Positions 13,269 through 24,714 of a stretch of 64,000 nt of DNA are shown here, piece after piece (position 1 is the stretch's first letter; every line of letters starts with the position of its first letter). The DNA comes from Cyanophora paradoxa CCMP329 (lineage: Eukaryota; Plantae; Glaucophyta), in contig QPMI01000392.1 in the NCBI GenBank assembly GCA_004431415.1, forward strand, positions 21,168-85,167, in the 5' to 3' direction. Below the pieces are notes generated by a model. That model was not told the origin of the DNA, ran no database searches, and saw only the letters and a list, made by a program, of their open reading frames with translations. Both the position numbers and the translations under genes were made by a program.

Positions 13269-14990
13269 ATGTCGACCGAGTCCGCCAACTTTGCCGCCGT
13301 CGACGCGTCGTCGGCCGCCGCGCGCGCCCTCTTCGGAGTCCGCCGGGCAGAGGCGTGGATCAAGGTCGGCTCGAGCCGCGCCATCGGGACGATCTGCGCG
13401 GCCGGCGCCGTCGCCGATGGCTCGGGCGGGGCGGCGCGCTTTGCCGTCCTCGTGCCGATGGTGCAGTCGCACTTTGCGTCCGTCATCAAGGGGACGAGCC
13501 TCTCGGCTGGCGCCCAGGAGGAGTGGACGCGTCTGCGGGTGGAGGTGGTCGAGAAGATTGGGGCCCAGCTCGTCCCCGGCGGCGGCTACGAGGCCGTGGG
13601 GGACATGTACCTGAGCCCCTCCGGATCGACGGCGCGCGATGTCGACGGGTCGATGCTTCTTGTCGTCGATTACATTCCTCGGCCGGGCCCCAAAATCATC
13701 GTCCGCATCCATCACCTGGAGATGCCGGGGCACGTCAGCCGCGGCTGGCTCGTTGAGGGTCGGGTGCTGCCTGCCGCGCCGGCGCCGGCCTCTGCAGGGG
13801 TGGCGCCGGCGCCGCCTGCACTTGCGCGCACCCCGCCGCCGGCCGCCCCCCAGCTCGCGATCGGCGGCGAGGTAACCGTCTTCGGGCTTTTCGCCTTTGG
13901 GGCCGGCGATCGCGTCTGCGGTCGCTCCGTCTCGTTGTTCGGCGCGGGATCGCGCTCGGGCTCTCCGCTCTCGATCTGGGCCGTGGTGGCGTTGGACGTC
14001 GGGATGGAGGCGCTCCGCGGGGGGGACTCGCTCGACGGCGAGGCGACGGATCGGAAGAGCGAGAAGGTCGTCGGCTGGATCGAAACGAGCCTTGCCGCCG
14101 AGCTGACGGCGTGGAACGGGGGGCGCCCGCTTCACGTGAGCATCCACGTCTACAACATCTGCTCGGGGGTGGATGCAGATATGGGACACATTCGCTTCGC
14201 CGCGGTGGCCATTCCCTGCGGGGAGGGGGAGACGCCCGTCGGCGAGTTTGTTGAGGGCGGGCCCACGCTGCCCAAGGAGGCCTTTTTCGGCCCTCACCCC
14301 GCGCACGCGAGCTGCATCAGGGCCCTGCGTCAGCGCGTGGCCGAACGGAACGCGCCCCTGGCAGGAGTGAGGCGGCGGGCGGCCGCGGGCGCCGTCGACG
14401 GCAAGAAGCTTAAGGAGGCGGCGGTGCGGCGGGCGGTGCCAGAGGACCTTCCGGAGGGGGAGGACGCGCTCCTTGCCCGCCTGCATCTGGCCATGGGCGA
14501 CGCGGCCGCCCGCGCCCTACCACGGGCCGCCCTGGCGAGGCGGGTCGCATGCCGCTCCACGGACCCCCGCATCCCCGAGGCGGCCGCCGCGGTCGGCGTC
14601 CGCTTCACCGCCCAGCACATCCTCCAGGCGGCCGGGCGCGGCGTCGACGTCGGGGGCGAGTACCTGGAGGCGATGTGCGCGGCGGCGGCCCCGGAGGAGC
14701 TGCGGGCGCTCGGGACGCGGCGGGACCTCGCCGAGGGGCTGCGGGCCGCCCTGGGCCGCCGCGGGGTCGCCCTCGCCGGCCCGAGCAACCGCGCCGCTCC
14801 CGTCGAGCCCGTCGTCGTGCGGGCGCCGACGGCGGCCGAGATGGCCGAGGCGGCGCAGCGCAGCCGGCAGAAGAAGCTGGAGGAGAAGGAGCTCCACCGC
14901 GCCCGCAACGAGGCCAAGCGCGCCGAGCGCGAGGAGGCGTCGACCTCGGGCCGCAGGAGCGGCCGCGCGACCCGCGGCCGCGCTCAGTAG
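13269..14990 (+). CDS. Intronless hypothetical protein, 573 aa
   Basis: Long ORF with globular-looking sequence; ATG in gccATG context after the shared promoter motif; basic C-terminus. Confidence 0.75.
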   Translation: MSTESANFAAVDASSAAARALFGVRRAEAWIKVGSSRAIGTICAAGAVADGSGGAARFAVLVPMVQSHFASVIKGTSLSAGAQEEWTRLRVEVVEKIGAQLVPGGGYEAVGDMYLSPSGSTARDVDGSMLLVVDYIPRPGPKIIVRIHHLEMPGHVSRGWLVEGRVLPAAPAPASAGVAPAPPALARTPPPAAPQLAIGGEVTVFGLFAFGAGDRVCGRSVSLFGAGSRSGSPLSIWAVVALDVGMEALRGGDSLDGEATDRKSEKVVGWIETSLAAELTAWNGGRPLHVSIHVYNICSGVDADMGHIRFAAVAIPCGEGETPVGEFVEGGPTLPKEAFFGPHPAHASCIRALRQRVAERNAPLAGVRRRAAAGAVDGKKLKEAAVRRAVPEDLPEGEDALLARLHLAMGDAAARALPRAALARRVACRSTDPRIPEAAAAVGVRFTAQHILQAAGRGVDVGGEYLEAMCAAAAPEELRALGTRRDLAEGLRAALGRRGVALAGPSNRAAPVEPVVVRAPTAAEMAEAAQRSRQKKLEEKELHRARNEAKRAEREEASTSGRRSGRATRGRAQ

Positions 14991-15339
14991 TCGGGTCGTG
15001 GTCATGTTCACGATCAGTGCGAAATACATAAATGTACCCTTAATTGGTTGTGCGAATCGGTGTTTCTCGCGACTCGTCTAGCGCGGGGCTCGACTGGGGC
15101 TGGCGGGGGGTACCCCGGTAGCCTCTCCATCCGCGCCGGCGCCCGAGAGAGCCGGGTGGGCTCCCGGGCGGGGAGCCGCGAGGCGGCAGGGTGCGAATCC
15201 GGCCGTCGCCGCGCGGGAAGAGCCCGGAGCCGGCCGCGGGGTAGACCCGGGCGGCGCCTCGCGCGCCGGTGCGGCGCGGGCGCCTGCGCGCCACCGCTCT
15301 CGGGAAATTTCAAATCGCACCCCGAATCAATATATTGGG

Positions 15340-15340
<1 letters not shown>

Positions 15341-15386
<46 letters not shown>
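15341..15386. repeat. poly-C tract (46 nt)
   Basis: Direct reading; lies between convergent genes. Confidence 0.9.
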
Positions 15387-15387
<1 letters not shown>

Positions 15388-15637
15388 CGCGCGCCCACGC
15401 CCGCCCGGCCCTATCCAATGGCTATAGTATTAATATTTGTTCGATTCGTGTGCAGCATACATCCTCACTCGCGATCGTGATTTCCAAACAGAAGAATCCA
15501 AATTTGAAGGACCGGAGAGAGGAATGCACGACTCGGTGATACGGAGAAAGGCACATCGGCCAGCGCAGCGGGTGGTACGGTACCGGTGGGTCTAGACTAG
15601 ATCTAGATCTGCAGGTGCCCTAATCGCCGCGTCAGGC

Positions 15638-16557
15638 CTAGGCACCGGGAGCGGGGCCGGGGCCGTAGCCCGCGGCCGTGCGCGAGGCCCGCCGCTGAAA
15701 CTCGCGGACCACGGGGAGCGCCGTGTACAGCGGGGTGGGGGCGAGGCCCCAGGCGGCGGCCGCGTGCCGCGGGCTGAGTCGCGGGGCCCCCGGCCCGCGG
15801 CTGAGGAGCACCGCCGCAGCGGCGACGGTGGCGGCGCGGATCTGCGGGATCCCGAGCTCGGGGGCCCTGCTCTCCCTGTGCCACCGCTCGGCCAGCGCGA
15901 GGGCGTCGGCCGTCTGGGCGCGGGTGCAGCCGAGGCGGGCCGCCAGCCCGGGCACGTAGAGGGCGGGCCCCACGCCCCCGTCCGTCCCGGGGGCGGGCGC
16001 CCCGGGGACCCTGCGGCGCAGCTCCCTGTAGCACCGGACGAGGGCGCGGCGCCGCGTGCCCTCGGGGCAGGCCGACTCGAACTCGCAGATCCGGCGCGGG
16101 ATATGCAGCGAGGTGCACGCCGAGTAGAGGGCCGCGAGGACCAGGAGCGAGTAGGGCCGCCCGTTGAAGAGTTCGGGCCGGAGCTTGAGCTGCCGCAGCG
16201 CCTCGGTCGCGGCGGCGGGGGGCAGGTTCAGCCGCTCGCAGGCGGAGCGGAGCTCCTCCAGCAGCCGCGGCCGTGCCTCGAGGGCGAGGCTCGTCGGCGA
16301 GGGTGGGCGCTTTGGTTTCGGGCGCTGGGCGCCGGCGGGGGCGGCGACGGCAAAGGCACCGGCGCCCGGGACGGGGGCGGGCCCGGCGCCCCGCGCGCCC
16401 GCACCGCCGGCCGGCGGCGCCCCTGGCTCGGGCTCGCGCTCGGGAGCGGCGGGGGTACAGCCCCGTTGCGCCTCGGGCGCGAGCCCGCCGTCCTCTCCGT
16501 CGATATCGTCGAGATCGATGTCCAGGTCGAGGTCGTCGAGCTCGAGGCTCGAATCGA

Positions 16558-16590
<33 letters not shown>

Positions 16591-16630
16591 TGGGGCCGGC
16601 AAAAGCCGGGGCGGGTGAGGCAGGGGCCAT
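15638..16630 (-). CDS. TFIIB-like cyclin-fold core (no Zn ribbon)
   Basis: CERLNLP..FNGRPYSLLVLAALYSAC..IPRRICEF (repeat 1); PALYVPGLAARLG..AATVAAAAVLL (repeat 2); TATAAAAG ~60 nt upstream. Confidence 0.8.
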
Positions 16631-16931
16631 ACTCCCGGGCTCCTGGTTGGTCCTCGACTGTCAGACCGCCGGCGGGGGCGGCCCCTCTTTATAGCCGGAA
16701 AGGGGGCGCGATTCCCGTCGACCGCAAGCCCGGGGGCTACGGGCCCGAGTTTGATCCTTTTCGTCTCGAATTCCAAATGAAATGAAATCGATTCGCAACT
16801 GTCACAATCGCAAATTACCGGAGCTACATCTAGATCCGTAGTTACGCATTCTACGTAATTACAACATACGATCTCATCGCGCGGGCGGCTCGGCGGCTCG
16901 CGCACGCCTTTGGCCCGCGGCGGCCCCCTGG

Positions 16932-17153
16932 CTATAGGCCTCGAGCTCTGCATTCAAAGGGGCTCCCCGAATTCGCGTAGCACATCGTGAGTTCGTACGA
17001 CGGGCACGACACCAGGGGGGGAAGGGTCGACACCACTTCGCCGCAGTCCATGCACGTCGCGGAGCTCTCTTCCGTCTCGCAGACGTTGGCGTGCTCGCAT
17101 CTCTTGGTCGTCGGGCGACGGGGCGTGCGCGGGGCGCGATCGAACTTCTCCAT
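16932..17153 (-). CDS. Small TFIIB-type Zn-ribbon protein, 73 aa
   Basis: CEHANVCETEESSATCMDCGEVV; own TATATAAAGG at ~17251-17260 and GGGAATCC at 17305. Confidence 0.6.
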   Translation of the reverse strand: MEKFDRAPRTPRRPTTKRCEHANVCETEESSATCMDCGEVVSTLPPLVSCPSYELTMCYANSGSPFECRARGL

Positions 17154-17253
17154 GTCGTCGGGCGCGATCGCGAGTGCGGGAGAGGGGGGCCGGCCGCGGG
17201 GGGAGGACGTGAGCGTCGGCGGTCGAGTGCCAAACGAGGCGCGCCGCCATCCT

Positions 17254-18198
17254 TTATATAGGAAATTCCCCGGCCCCGGCCGCCCCGCGCGGGGGTACGG
17301 CCGAGGGAATCCGGGCCGCCGAGAGCTCGCCACGTGTCGAGGCCGCGCCCGACCTAGATTCCTCTGCGGACCGCTCCTCGTCCCCTCGGTTTTCTCGGTG
17401 GCCCCTTCGGTATTCTCGGTGCTCTTCATCTCCGGGACCCGTGGACGTGCGAGCTCGCTTCGATTTTCCATCGCGGGGACGGGCGGCGGGTCCGGGCCCG
17501 CTCCCCACGTCGCCGTCGAGCCCGAGGCCGCCACAGCAGCTCGGCCCGCCGTCGGCGCCCTCATCGGCGTCCATTTCTGGCGCCCCCCGAGGCCCCTCGG
17601 AGGACCCCTCTTGATCTCGATCTCGATCCGCCGCGCGCGGCTCCGGCGCCGGCGCCGCCCGCCGCCGGCGGCCCGGCCGGCGCTCCCTGGCCCAGCGAGC
17701 GTCCAGGATGCGCAGGAGCTCCTTGAAAGCGTCCTTGCGCGATGCCACGCCCCCCCCGCGCCTGGCGGTCGCGTCGGAGAGCGCCTTGCTGTCGAAGTAG
17801 GCGAGCACGTCCAGCATCTCAAAGTAGGCGTCCAGGTCGGAGGCGGCCGTCCCGGGCCACTCGCCCCGCGCGGCGGCGTCGATCCGCCGCACGGAGCGCG
17901 GTGAAAAGGGGACGTCGACGACGAGCGGGCGCTCGGGGGTGCCGGCGGCGCCGTCGGAGCACTCGGAGAGGGTCTGCAGGAGCGCGCTCGTCCTCGCGAG
18001 GCCGCAGCAGACTTGGACGACCTCGCCCTCTAGATCTCCCCCGCCCTCGCCCCCGCCCTCGGCCCCGCCCCCTCTGGCGCTCGGCCTGCAGCGCAGGGCG
18101 ATGCCGGAAGGCGCGCCGTCGGCACGGCAGGCAATGAGAGCCTCGGGCGCCGGTGCGCGCGGCGCCGTCGGCGTCCGACGGTCGTCGGCCGTTGCCAT
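17254..18198 (-). CDS. SKP1/BTB-POZ-like protein
   Basis: EGEVVQV..LARTSALLQTL..VDVPFSPRSVRRI..YFEMLDVLAYFDSKALSD parallels SKP1 DGEVFEV..S.TIK.M..LFELILAANYLDIK.LLD. Confidence 0.6.
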   Translation of the reverse strand: MATADDRRTPTAPRAPAPEALIACRADGAPSGIALRCRPSARGGGAEGGGEGGGDLEGEVVQVCCGLARTSALLQTLSECSDGAAGTPERPLVVDVPFSPRSVRRIDAAARGEWPGTAASDLDAYFEMLDVLAYFDSKALSDATARRGGGVASRKDAFKELLRILDARWARERRPGRRRRAAPAPEPRAADRDRDQEGSSEGPRGAPEMDADEGADGGPSCCGGLGLDGDVGSGPGPAARPRDGKSKRARTSTGPGDEEHREYRRGHRENRGDEERSAEESRSGAASTRGELSAARIPSAVPPRGAAGAGEFPI

Positions 18199-18424
18199 CT
18201 CAAACGCTACCTCTACCCCAGCGGGGTGCACGCGCGAGCGCGCGAAATTCGTGCTCGATTCCTGGCTCCAACGGCGGTAGGGGGTATATACAAAGTCGAA
18301 ATACCCGTTGGGCCACCTCTGACCGGCCGCGGGCAGGCGCGGGATTTGAATTCGAACCGGACTAGTACTCTTGCTGCCGCAGTGCCGGCTACCCCCGGCC
18401 CCCCGGCCTCCCCCCCCGCGCGTT

Positions 18425-18486
18425 GGGATTCCCGGTGCGTCCGACAACGGGAATCCCACGAGCGCGGTCGGCTCCGTCTCTATAAA
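18425..18486 (+). promoter_or_regulatory. Paired GGGA(A/T)TCCC + TATAAA (divergent promoter region)
   Basis: GGGATTCCC 18425, GGGAATCCC 18449, TATAAA 18481. Confidence 0.65.
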
Positions 18487-18545
18487 TTGGATCGGACCCC
18501 GAGCACTTGGACAGTTGATGCGGGTACGGACCGCGGCCGGCGACG

Positions 18546-19436
18546 ATGAATTTGGAGGATTTGCAACGCGGATACGCCCACGCGATGGCTCGTCTCTCGC
18601 ATGATCCGGAGGGCCGTCGGTCAGCGGTCGGGCACGTGGCCTGGGTCGGCGTGCGCCCCGACACAATCTGCGATCTGCTCAGGTTTTTCTTGCGGGACGC
18701 TAGCCCGAATCGCGCTTATTTTAAGCTTCTCCGACGTTGCCCCGGCCGCGAGAAAATGGAGGCCTGGCTCCACCAGCTCTCGACCCGGGACTCGAGCGGA
18801 CGGGATGTCGACCCGGAACGCGACGCGCTGCTCTCAGAGGTGACCAAGTTCCTTCACGCGAACTGGAAGCACGTCATCTGCCACCCCATCTCCGGCGAGC
18901 CCGTCGTCCCGATCGAATTCAAGGGGATCCCCTTTGGAAGCCGCGCGCGCACCGAGCTGGCACCGCCCACCGCGGTCTCAAGGACCCTGCTCAGCCTCGG
19001 GGACAACGATCTCTTGGGGCTCCTCGGAATCGCCGCCGAGACGACGGAGGTGGACGCTACGGACCTGAGATGGCGCCTCGACGAGCTCCTCCGCACGGTC
19101 AACGCATGGAGGCGCTTCCTCCTCTTCAACCCGACGTACATTCCGCCCGCTGGCTCTTGCAACTACGAGGATTGCCTCGACCTATGGGACAAGATCTGCA
19201 AGATTGTAGATCCGTACACGTACACTCCGTCTGTGTCATGGACGGCGAAACGAATGGTGCGGCGCCGGCCCGGGGCCCCCGAGGTCTTTGCGAAGAGAAG
19301 CCAGTGGGAGGCATACAAGACACGCATACGCCGGACGATCGAGTGCTACAGTTTTGCCGATCTCTGGTACGAGGGCGCCGGCGTCGCCCTCGCCGCCGGC
19401 GCCGGTGCCAAGCGCCAGCGCCCTTGCACGCGGTAG
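18546..19436 (+). CDS. Intronless hypothetical protein, 296 aa
   Basis: Complex, protein-like ORF directly after the promoter motif; C-terminal KRQRP (NLS-like). Confidence 0.8.
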   Translation: MNLEDLQRGYAHAMARLSHDPEGRRSAVGHVAWVGVRPDTICDLLRFFLRDASPNRAYFKLLRRCPGREKMEAWLHQLSTRDSSGRDVDPERDALLSEVTKFLHANWKHVICHPISGEPVVPIEFKGIPFGSRARTELAPPTAVSRTLLSLGDNDLLGLLGIAAETTEVDATDLRWRLDELLRTVNAWRRFLLFNPTYIPPAGSCNYEDCLDLWDKICKIVDPYTYTPSVSWTAKRMVRRRPGAPEVFAKRSQWEAYKTRIRRTIECYSFADLWYEGAGVALAAGAGAKRQRPCTR

Positions 19437-19802
19437 AGCTAGCTGCATCGACAGATCTACAGCTACAGCTAGCTGTAGACATGTGCGTATATATACGTGA
19501 AGTATGGACACGGAATTTGGAATCTGGTTACAATATCACGTTATACTCTTGCCGATGCGAAATGTACTCTCGCGTGCACTACCGTATACGTATATAGGCC
19601 GCGCCCTGCAGCTGTGCCCAACCCGACCAATGCAACGCACCCAGCTGCGGGGCAAACTCGCATTCGGATTCGCGAGTGCGGGCCGCCCGGGCGTCGCAGA
19701 TCTAGATATTCGATATCGACAGCGTAGACGCGCCTGATTGCTATTATTTCTATCATTCGAAATAGATACATGTAGCGGTAGCTAACGGTACCTGGCATCC
19801 GT

Positions 19803-20093
19803 TTAAGACCCTCCCTCGCCCTCGAGCCCACCGTCGCCGTCGACGACGTTGCCGGCGATGATTCGGTCCTCTTCTTCCATGAATCTGACTCCAAGCTCGA
19901 CGAGGTGCTCCCACGTCACCGACGCCTCGACTGCGACCAGATCTTCGAGCGTCTCGTAGTCGACGCCTGCGAGAAAGACCGTCTCTACGTCTTCAGCCCG
20001 CGTCGCCGTCGCGCCGGCGCCGTGCATCTCGCTCAGCTGCGGGCCGGCCGCGGGGCCCGCGAGGGCGATGGGCGTACGCATGCGCGGCGGCAT
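19803..20093 (-). CDS. Small acidic protein with one TWE..V.LG.RF.E..RI motif
   Basis: ATAAAAGGG at ~20160 and GGGATTCCC 20183 upstream; motif shared with 37450-37812. Confidence 0.7.
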   Translation of the reverse strand: MPPRMRTPIALAGPAAGPQLSEMHGAGATATRAEDVETVFLAGVDYETLEDLVAVEASVTWEHLVELGVRFMEEEDRIIAGNVVDGDGGLEGEGGS

Positions 20094-20571
20094 TGCCTCC
20101 CTGATTGACGCCTCTTTTCTGCGGAAATGGAGTCTGACCGGATGGTGCGATGGACCATCCCTTTTATGGGTCTGCCGACGCCGGGATTCCCATGGCCGAC
20201 CCCCGCGTCGACGCCTGGATTCCCAACGTTGACCCCTGCGCCCCCGCGCCAGGTACGTAGACGGTCCTAGTAGGCCTCTGCGCGGGCAACGATCAGAGTT
20301 TGATTTCGCACGCATGTTCCCGGGTTTGAGGTTCTACGGTTTTGTTTGTAATTACAAGCTTCAGATCGAATCATCAACGGTGCATGCACATAGATGTGAC
20401 ACGCGCTATAGCTAGCGCCTGCAATTATCGTTGCCGGGGCCAAACAGAAACGTTGTACTGTAATTATGATTATAACATGTACCTGCATACCTAGGCATAT
20501 GCCTCCCTGGACAGAGATCTAGAGATCTAGATATGCATGCATATCTAGCTATAGGATCTAGATCCGCGTAA

Positions 20572-20811
20572 TTAGAGCGGCTTGGCGGTGGCGACGAGGA
20601 TGATCTCGCCCGTCGAGGGCGAGACGGTCAGCTCGCACTCGACGCGCAGGTTGAGCGCCCGCAGGCCACGGGTGATGAATGGGTCGGAGAGGATATCCTG
20701 GCAAAGTCGCTCCATCGACGCGGCCGCCCCCGGGGGGGCGACGGCGTACATCTTGTCGCCTGTCGTGGTGATCAGGGTGTGGAAGGGGAGGCCGGCGTTC
20801 CGGTTGTCCAT
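20572..20811 (-). CDS. Small hypothetical protein, 79 aa
   Basis: Protein-like ORF; two GGGAATCCC at 20881 and 20894 upstream; 22-bp palindrome downstream. Confidence 0.65.
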   Translation of the reverse strand: MDNRNAGLPFHTLITTTGDKMYAVAPPGAAASMERLCQDILSDPFITRGLRALNLRVECELTVSPSTGEIILVATAKPL

Positions 20812-21302
20812 GCTGCGGGTGGCAGGAGCTAGAGTGAGAAGTCGCCCACCGCCCAGCGCAGTTTTGTGCGCCCATCAATCGGGAATCCCAGGCGGGAATC
20901 CCAACAGGTACCGGTGCGGCGCCGTCAACGTTAACGTGCTACGGTACCCACGACCTTGAGCTCGATCGCGATATCGATCCGGATCTCGAGCGTGTGGGCA
21001 CGTGCACCGGCCTCGTGCGCACGTGATGATGCATATGATCACCGCGTGTCGAACTCCCACTGATATAATAATATATCCACGTGCTGGCGCGTGCGCCGGC
21101 CACTGCGGGGGCTGCGACGTGAATTGAGCGCAAGCGCTCCTCGTCGCGATCTTATTCGAGTTCCGAATGCGCTTTTTGAACCCGAAACCCTCCGGCGGCC
21201 AACGGCGGCCAACCCCCTGTCGATCGGATTTTCTGGATCTTTGATTGCGTTCAATGTCATGAGTCACAAAATGAATTTAATTTCTGTACATCGACTTGAA
21301 CA

Positions 21303-21734
21303 CTAGTACTGCCACCACGAGGCTGCATAGCACTCGGGCATAGCCACGATAGCTGCAGGCGTGCCACAAAGCGGGCGGGGCGGATCCGAATCGATGTCCC
21401 ACTCGCGATCGCACGTCCGTGCGCTCCATGAGGTCTGGAGCTCGCCTTTGCCGGCGCACCCCTCGCCCGCTTCGAATTTCGCCCTCCAAACGGCGTCCAC
21501 GTCGACGTCGACGTCCGAGCCACGTGCACGCAGGTCGTCGGGTTTGAATTTGTCGTCTAGATCTCCGAGCAGCGTACACGTGTAGCCATCGGGCCCGAAA
21601 TTGCCCTGGATGAAGGCCAGCGCGTGCGCCTCGCCCTCGCGCTCCTCCAGCTCGTTTACCATTTGAAGTTCATCCTCGTATGCGTAGCCCTCGTCCGTGG
21701 GCACGAGCGGGGTGAAGCAACGTGCGGTCGACAT
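21303..21734 (-). CDS. Acidic hypothetical protein, ~143 aa
   Basis: MSTARC start lies downstream of GGGATTCCC 21840 / GGGAATCCC 21884. Confidence 0.6.
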   Translation of the reverse strand: MSTARCFTPLVPTDEGYAYEDELQMVNELEEREGEAHALAFIQGNFGPDGYTCTLLGDLDDKFKPDDLRARGSDVDVDVDAVWRAKFEAGEGCAGKGELQTSWSARTCDREWDIDSDPPRPLCGTPAAIVAMPECYAASWWQY

Positions 21735-22095
21735 CCAATTGCAAGATCGATCTCCTCGCGATTTTTCGCGAAACGCAAATGACGCTGCACCTCGGGCCCG
21801 CTCCCGTTTTGTGGGCATGGCCATGGGCTGGCGCGGCGCGGGATTCCCGGCCGCGGCCCGGCCCCCTCTCAAAAACGACCGACGGGAATCCCGGACGCTA
21901 ATCGGGATCGCGGCTCGGGCTCCCAGGAGGTGCCGATGGCCGCGGCATTCATATGCATACTCGCTACCTCCGATAGCCTCGTCGTTGCATTGCGTAACAA
22001 ATCGACACAAGCATTCGAATTCATCACCCGCTTACAGCTTTGGAAAATACACTATTCATGCTACGTGGGACGATCCGTCCGGCCGCCGGCCATGG

Positions 22096-22534
22096 CTATA
22101 CATAGAAATTATAGAAGCAAGCATGAGGCTTCCGGCCTCGCTCGTGGGACCGCTTGTTGCGACCCTGCGCGAGCCGTTGCGGTCAGCGATGCTTGTTTCA
22201 TTTCTGGAGAAACGGGAGGGGGGGACCGGGCGCGCACCGGGCATCCGCACAAGCTGCAGCACACGCGGCGCTTCTTCACGATCTCCTTTTTGAAAAGTCG
22301 TTGGCGGCCGGGGGCGGCGGCGGCGGGACGCCCGGCCGTGGGCCCGGGCTTGAGCGTGGCCGCGGCCGGCGCCGGCGCCGGCAGGGGAGGCGGGGGCGGC
22401 AGGGGCGCGTTTCGCAGAAAGAGCTCCAGGGCGTCGAGGGCGACGGCGATGGCGGGCGGGCGCGGGGCGGGGCGCCGGGCGCCGGCGCAAGGGGGTGCGG
22501 GGGTACGGAGAGCCTTGACGGGCAGCATGTGCAT
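22096..22534 (-). CDS. Two-exon small protein with Zn-knuckle-like CSLCGCPGRNKRSH
   Basis: In-phase intron 22165-22237; GATAAAAGGG ~22574 and GGAATCCC 22600 upstream. Confidence 0.55.
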
Positions 22535-23649
22535 CTCGGACGGTGGGGAGTGCCGAAAACGGGGCGGGGCGCTCCCTTTTATCGGCCCCTCCCTGTCCAG
22601 GAATCCCGACCGGCCTGGAGAAAAAACGATTCCAGGATTCCGGAGAAAACAAACTGAACGAGGGCCGGGGGGGCCGGGGCGCGCGCGTGGCACGCGTGGC
22701 TCCGAGGCCCCGGACCGATCGCAAACCGCACGCAGACTTTCAAAGTACGGCGCCCCTGGCCCCGCGGGCCGCCGCCGACCCGGCGCGCTGTGGGCGGCCG
22801 CGGCGGCGGCGGGGTGCACGTGGGCCTGCTGCCGGATCGATATCGGGATTATTATTCGGGAGGATTCGATCCGGAGCCAATGGCAAGGCCAAGGCCGGCG
22901 GGCGCGTACCGTTCCGAGTCTCGTAGGCTTAAGTGGCCGCCGGCTTGGCAGGGTGCGGGCCGCCGCGCGCGCGGGGCGTTTACTGCAAGTACTAGTCGAA
23001 GACTCGAGATGCGCGCGCGGATCGGATCTAGATCTAGAGCGCACGCGAGGCATATACGTACGCGTACCGGCGCCTGCATACGTACATGTGCGGAGAGCGG
23101 GGGGGCGGTACCTGCCGCAGTGCGTGTGCGACGGCATGCGCAGCGCATGCATATGCGCATGCCCCGCGGCCGGCACATGTACGTATACACGTACATGTAC
23201 GTATACATGTCGCAGTACGTGGAGATCTCTAGATCTAGAGCTAGCGCCAGGCTGTAGGCCGGTCGGGATGCATATGCTTAAAAGCTTGCGAGCTGCAGCT
23301 TTCGCTAGCTATAAGCTTAAGAATGGGATGGATCAGGACCCCGAGCGGCGGCGCACGAGGTGGGCGCTCCTCCCGAGTCCCGGCCATCGTCGATCGGCAT
23401 GCACATGGTACCGGTTCGGCCATGGCCACGTGCACCTAGGCTGCGCGCGCGCGCGCGGGTCAACAGGTGAGGCTGCCGGTACGCAAGGCATCCAAAAGCG
23501 CACGTCACAAGACCCGTGAGCTTGGGATTCGTCGGCAGAGCCAGGTCGAAACGCCTTGCGATGCGCAACACGGTCGACGTCGACGACGACGTCGTGCGCG
23601 TATGCACGCGCACTACGGCGCACGCGAGCGGGGCGCGCGGGCACCGACG

Positions 23650-23767
23650 CGAATCTAGGGCTCTACAAGGGCTAGAGAAGGCTCCGGAGGGCCTTTGCGC
23701 GGCGTGGCGTGCTGTTGAAATTCGATGGTGCGCCGGTGCACCATCGAAACGTTGCAAACTGGCCCCC
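23650..23767 (-). repeat. Dispersed repeat copy 2 (inverted), 11-6-11 site at 23721-23748
   Basis: TTCGATGGTGC-GCCGGT-GCACCATCGAA, the reverse complement of copy 1. Confidence 0.9.
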
Positions 23768-24714
23768 AAAAAACGCTGTATGCGGGGCGCCCGCGGCCGC
23801 CGGTTGCGAGCCGACGGCCTCGTGAGCGCTGGAGCTCCCGAGTCGCTAGAGGAGCCTGTCCTTCCGACCCGGCGACCTTGGCATGTAGCTCTCGTCCGCG
23901 GCCGAGCGGCACCACCGTGGCACGGCCAGCGCGACGCCTCTGCGCCGTCCATGTAGCTCCAGGACCAGCTGCGCGTTCCGAGGACCGGCCGGGCGGTTCA
24001 GGAGACGCCCCGGCGCGGAGCGCGCCTCGAACAGGTGCGATGCGCGCGGCTCGCGCCCGCGAGGGCCGGCCGGCGGGATGCCGGCGCCGGTCGTCTAAGC
24101 CGAGCGCACCGGGAGCCGGCGCCCCACGCCGGCCGGCGCCCCGCTCCGCCTAGCTATGGACCGCCGCCGCGCCGCGGCCGCGCCGCGCGCACCGCCACAC
24201 GCATCCGCCGACCAGCCGGGCCGCCCGCGCAAGCAGAGGGCTCGTTCCGCGCCAGCGCGGGCGGGGCGCTCATCCTCCGGGGCGCAGGGCGGCGGGGCGG
24301 CGCCGGGAGCGCAGCGCGCTGGCATGTGCGGGGGCGAGCAGCTGCAGCGAGCGCGCCCGCGCCCGCGCTGGCGCGGTCCGGGCGCCTCGCTCTCCTGCCG
24401 CGCCGCCGGGGCCGCCGCGCCTCGAGCCCGGCTCGCCAGCCTCGCCCCCCGCAGGGCGCGTCGAGCGAGGCTCGGCCGGCGCGCCTCTTTTCGGCGGCCG
24501 CCGTCTCCCGGCGTCGTCGCACGCCCCGGGCGCGGGCCGCCCCGCGTTGCGCAGCCGCGAGGCGCATCTCGGCTGCAGCGCAGGCCTAGGCGTCGCGGCC
24601 GGTCCCTGGTGCGGCTTGCGTACCCCCCGCCCCTCCTTTTCCCCCCGCCCCCGCCCGGGCCCTGCCGCCGACATCCCCCTCGCTTGTTCGGCGGCGCGTA
24701 CCCTCTCAATCTCG

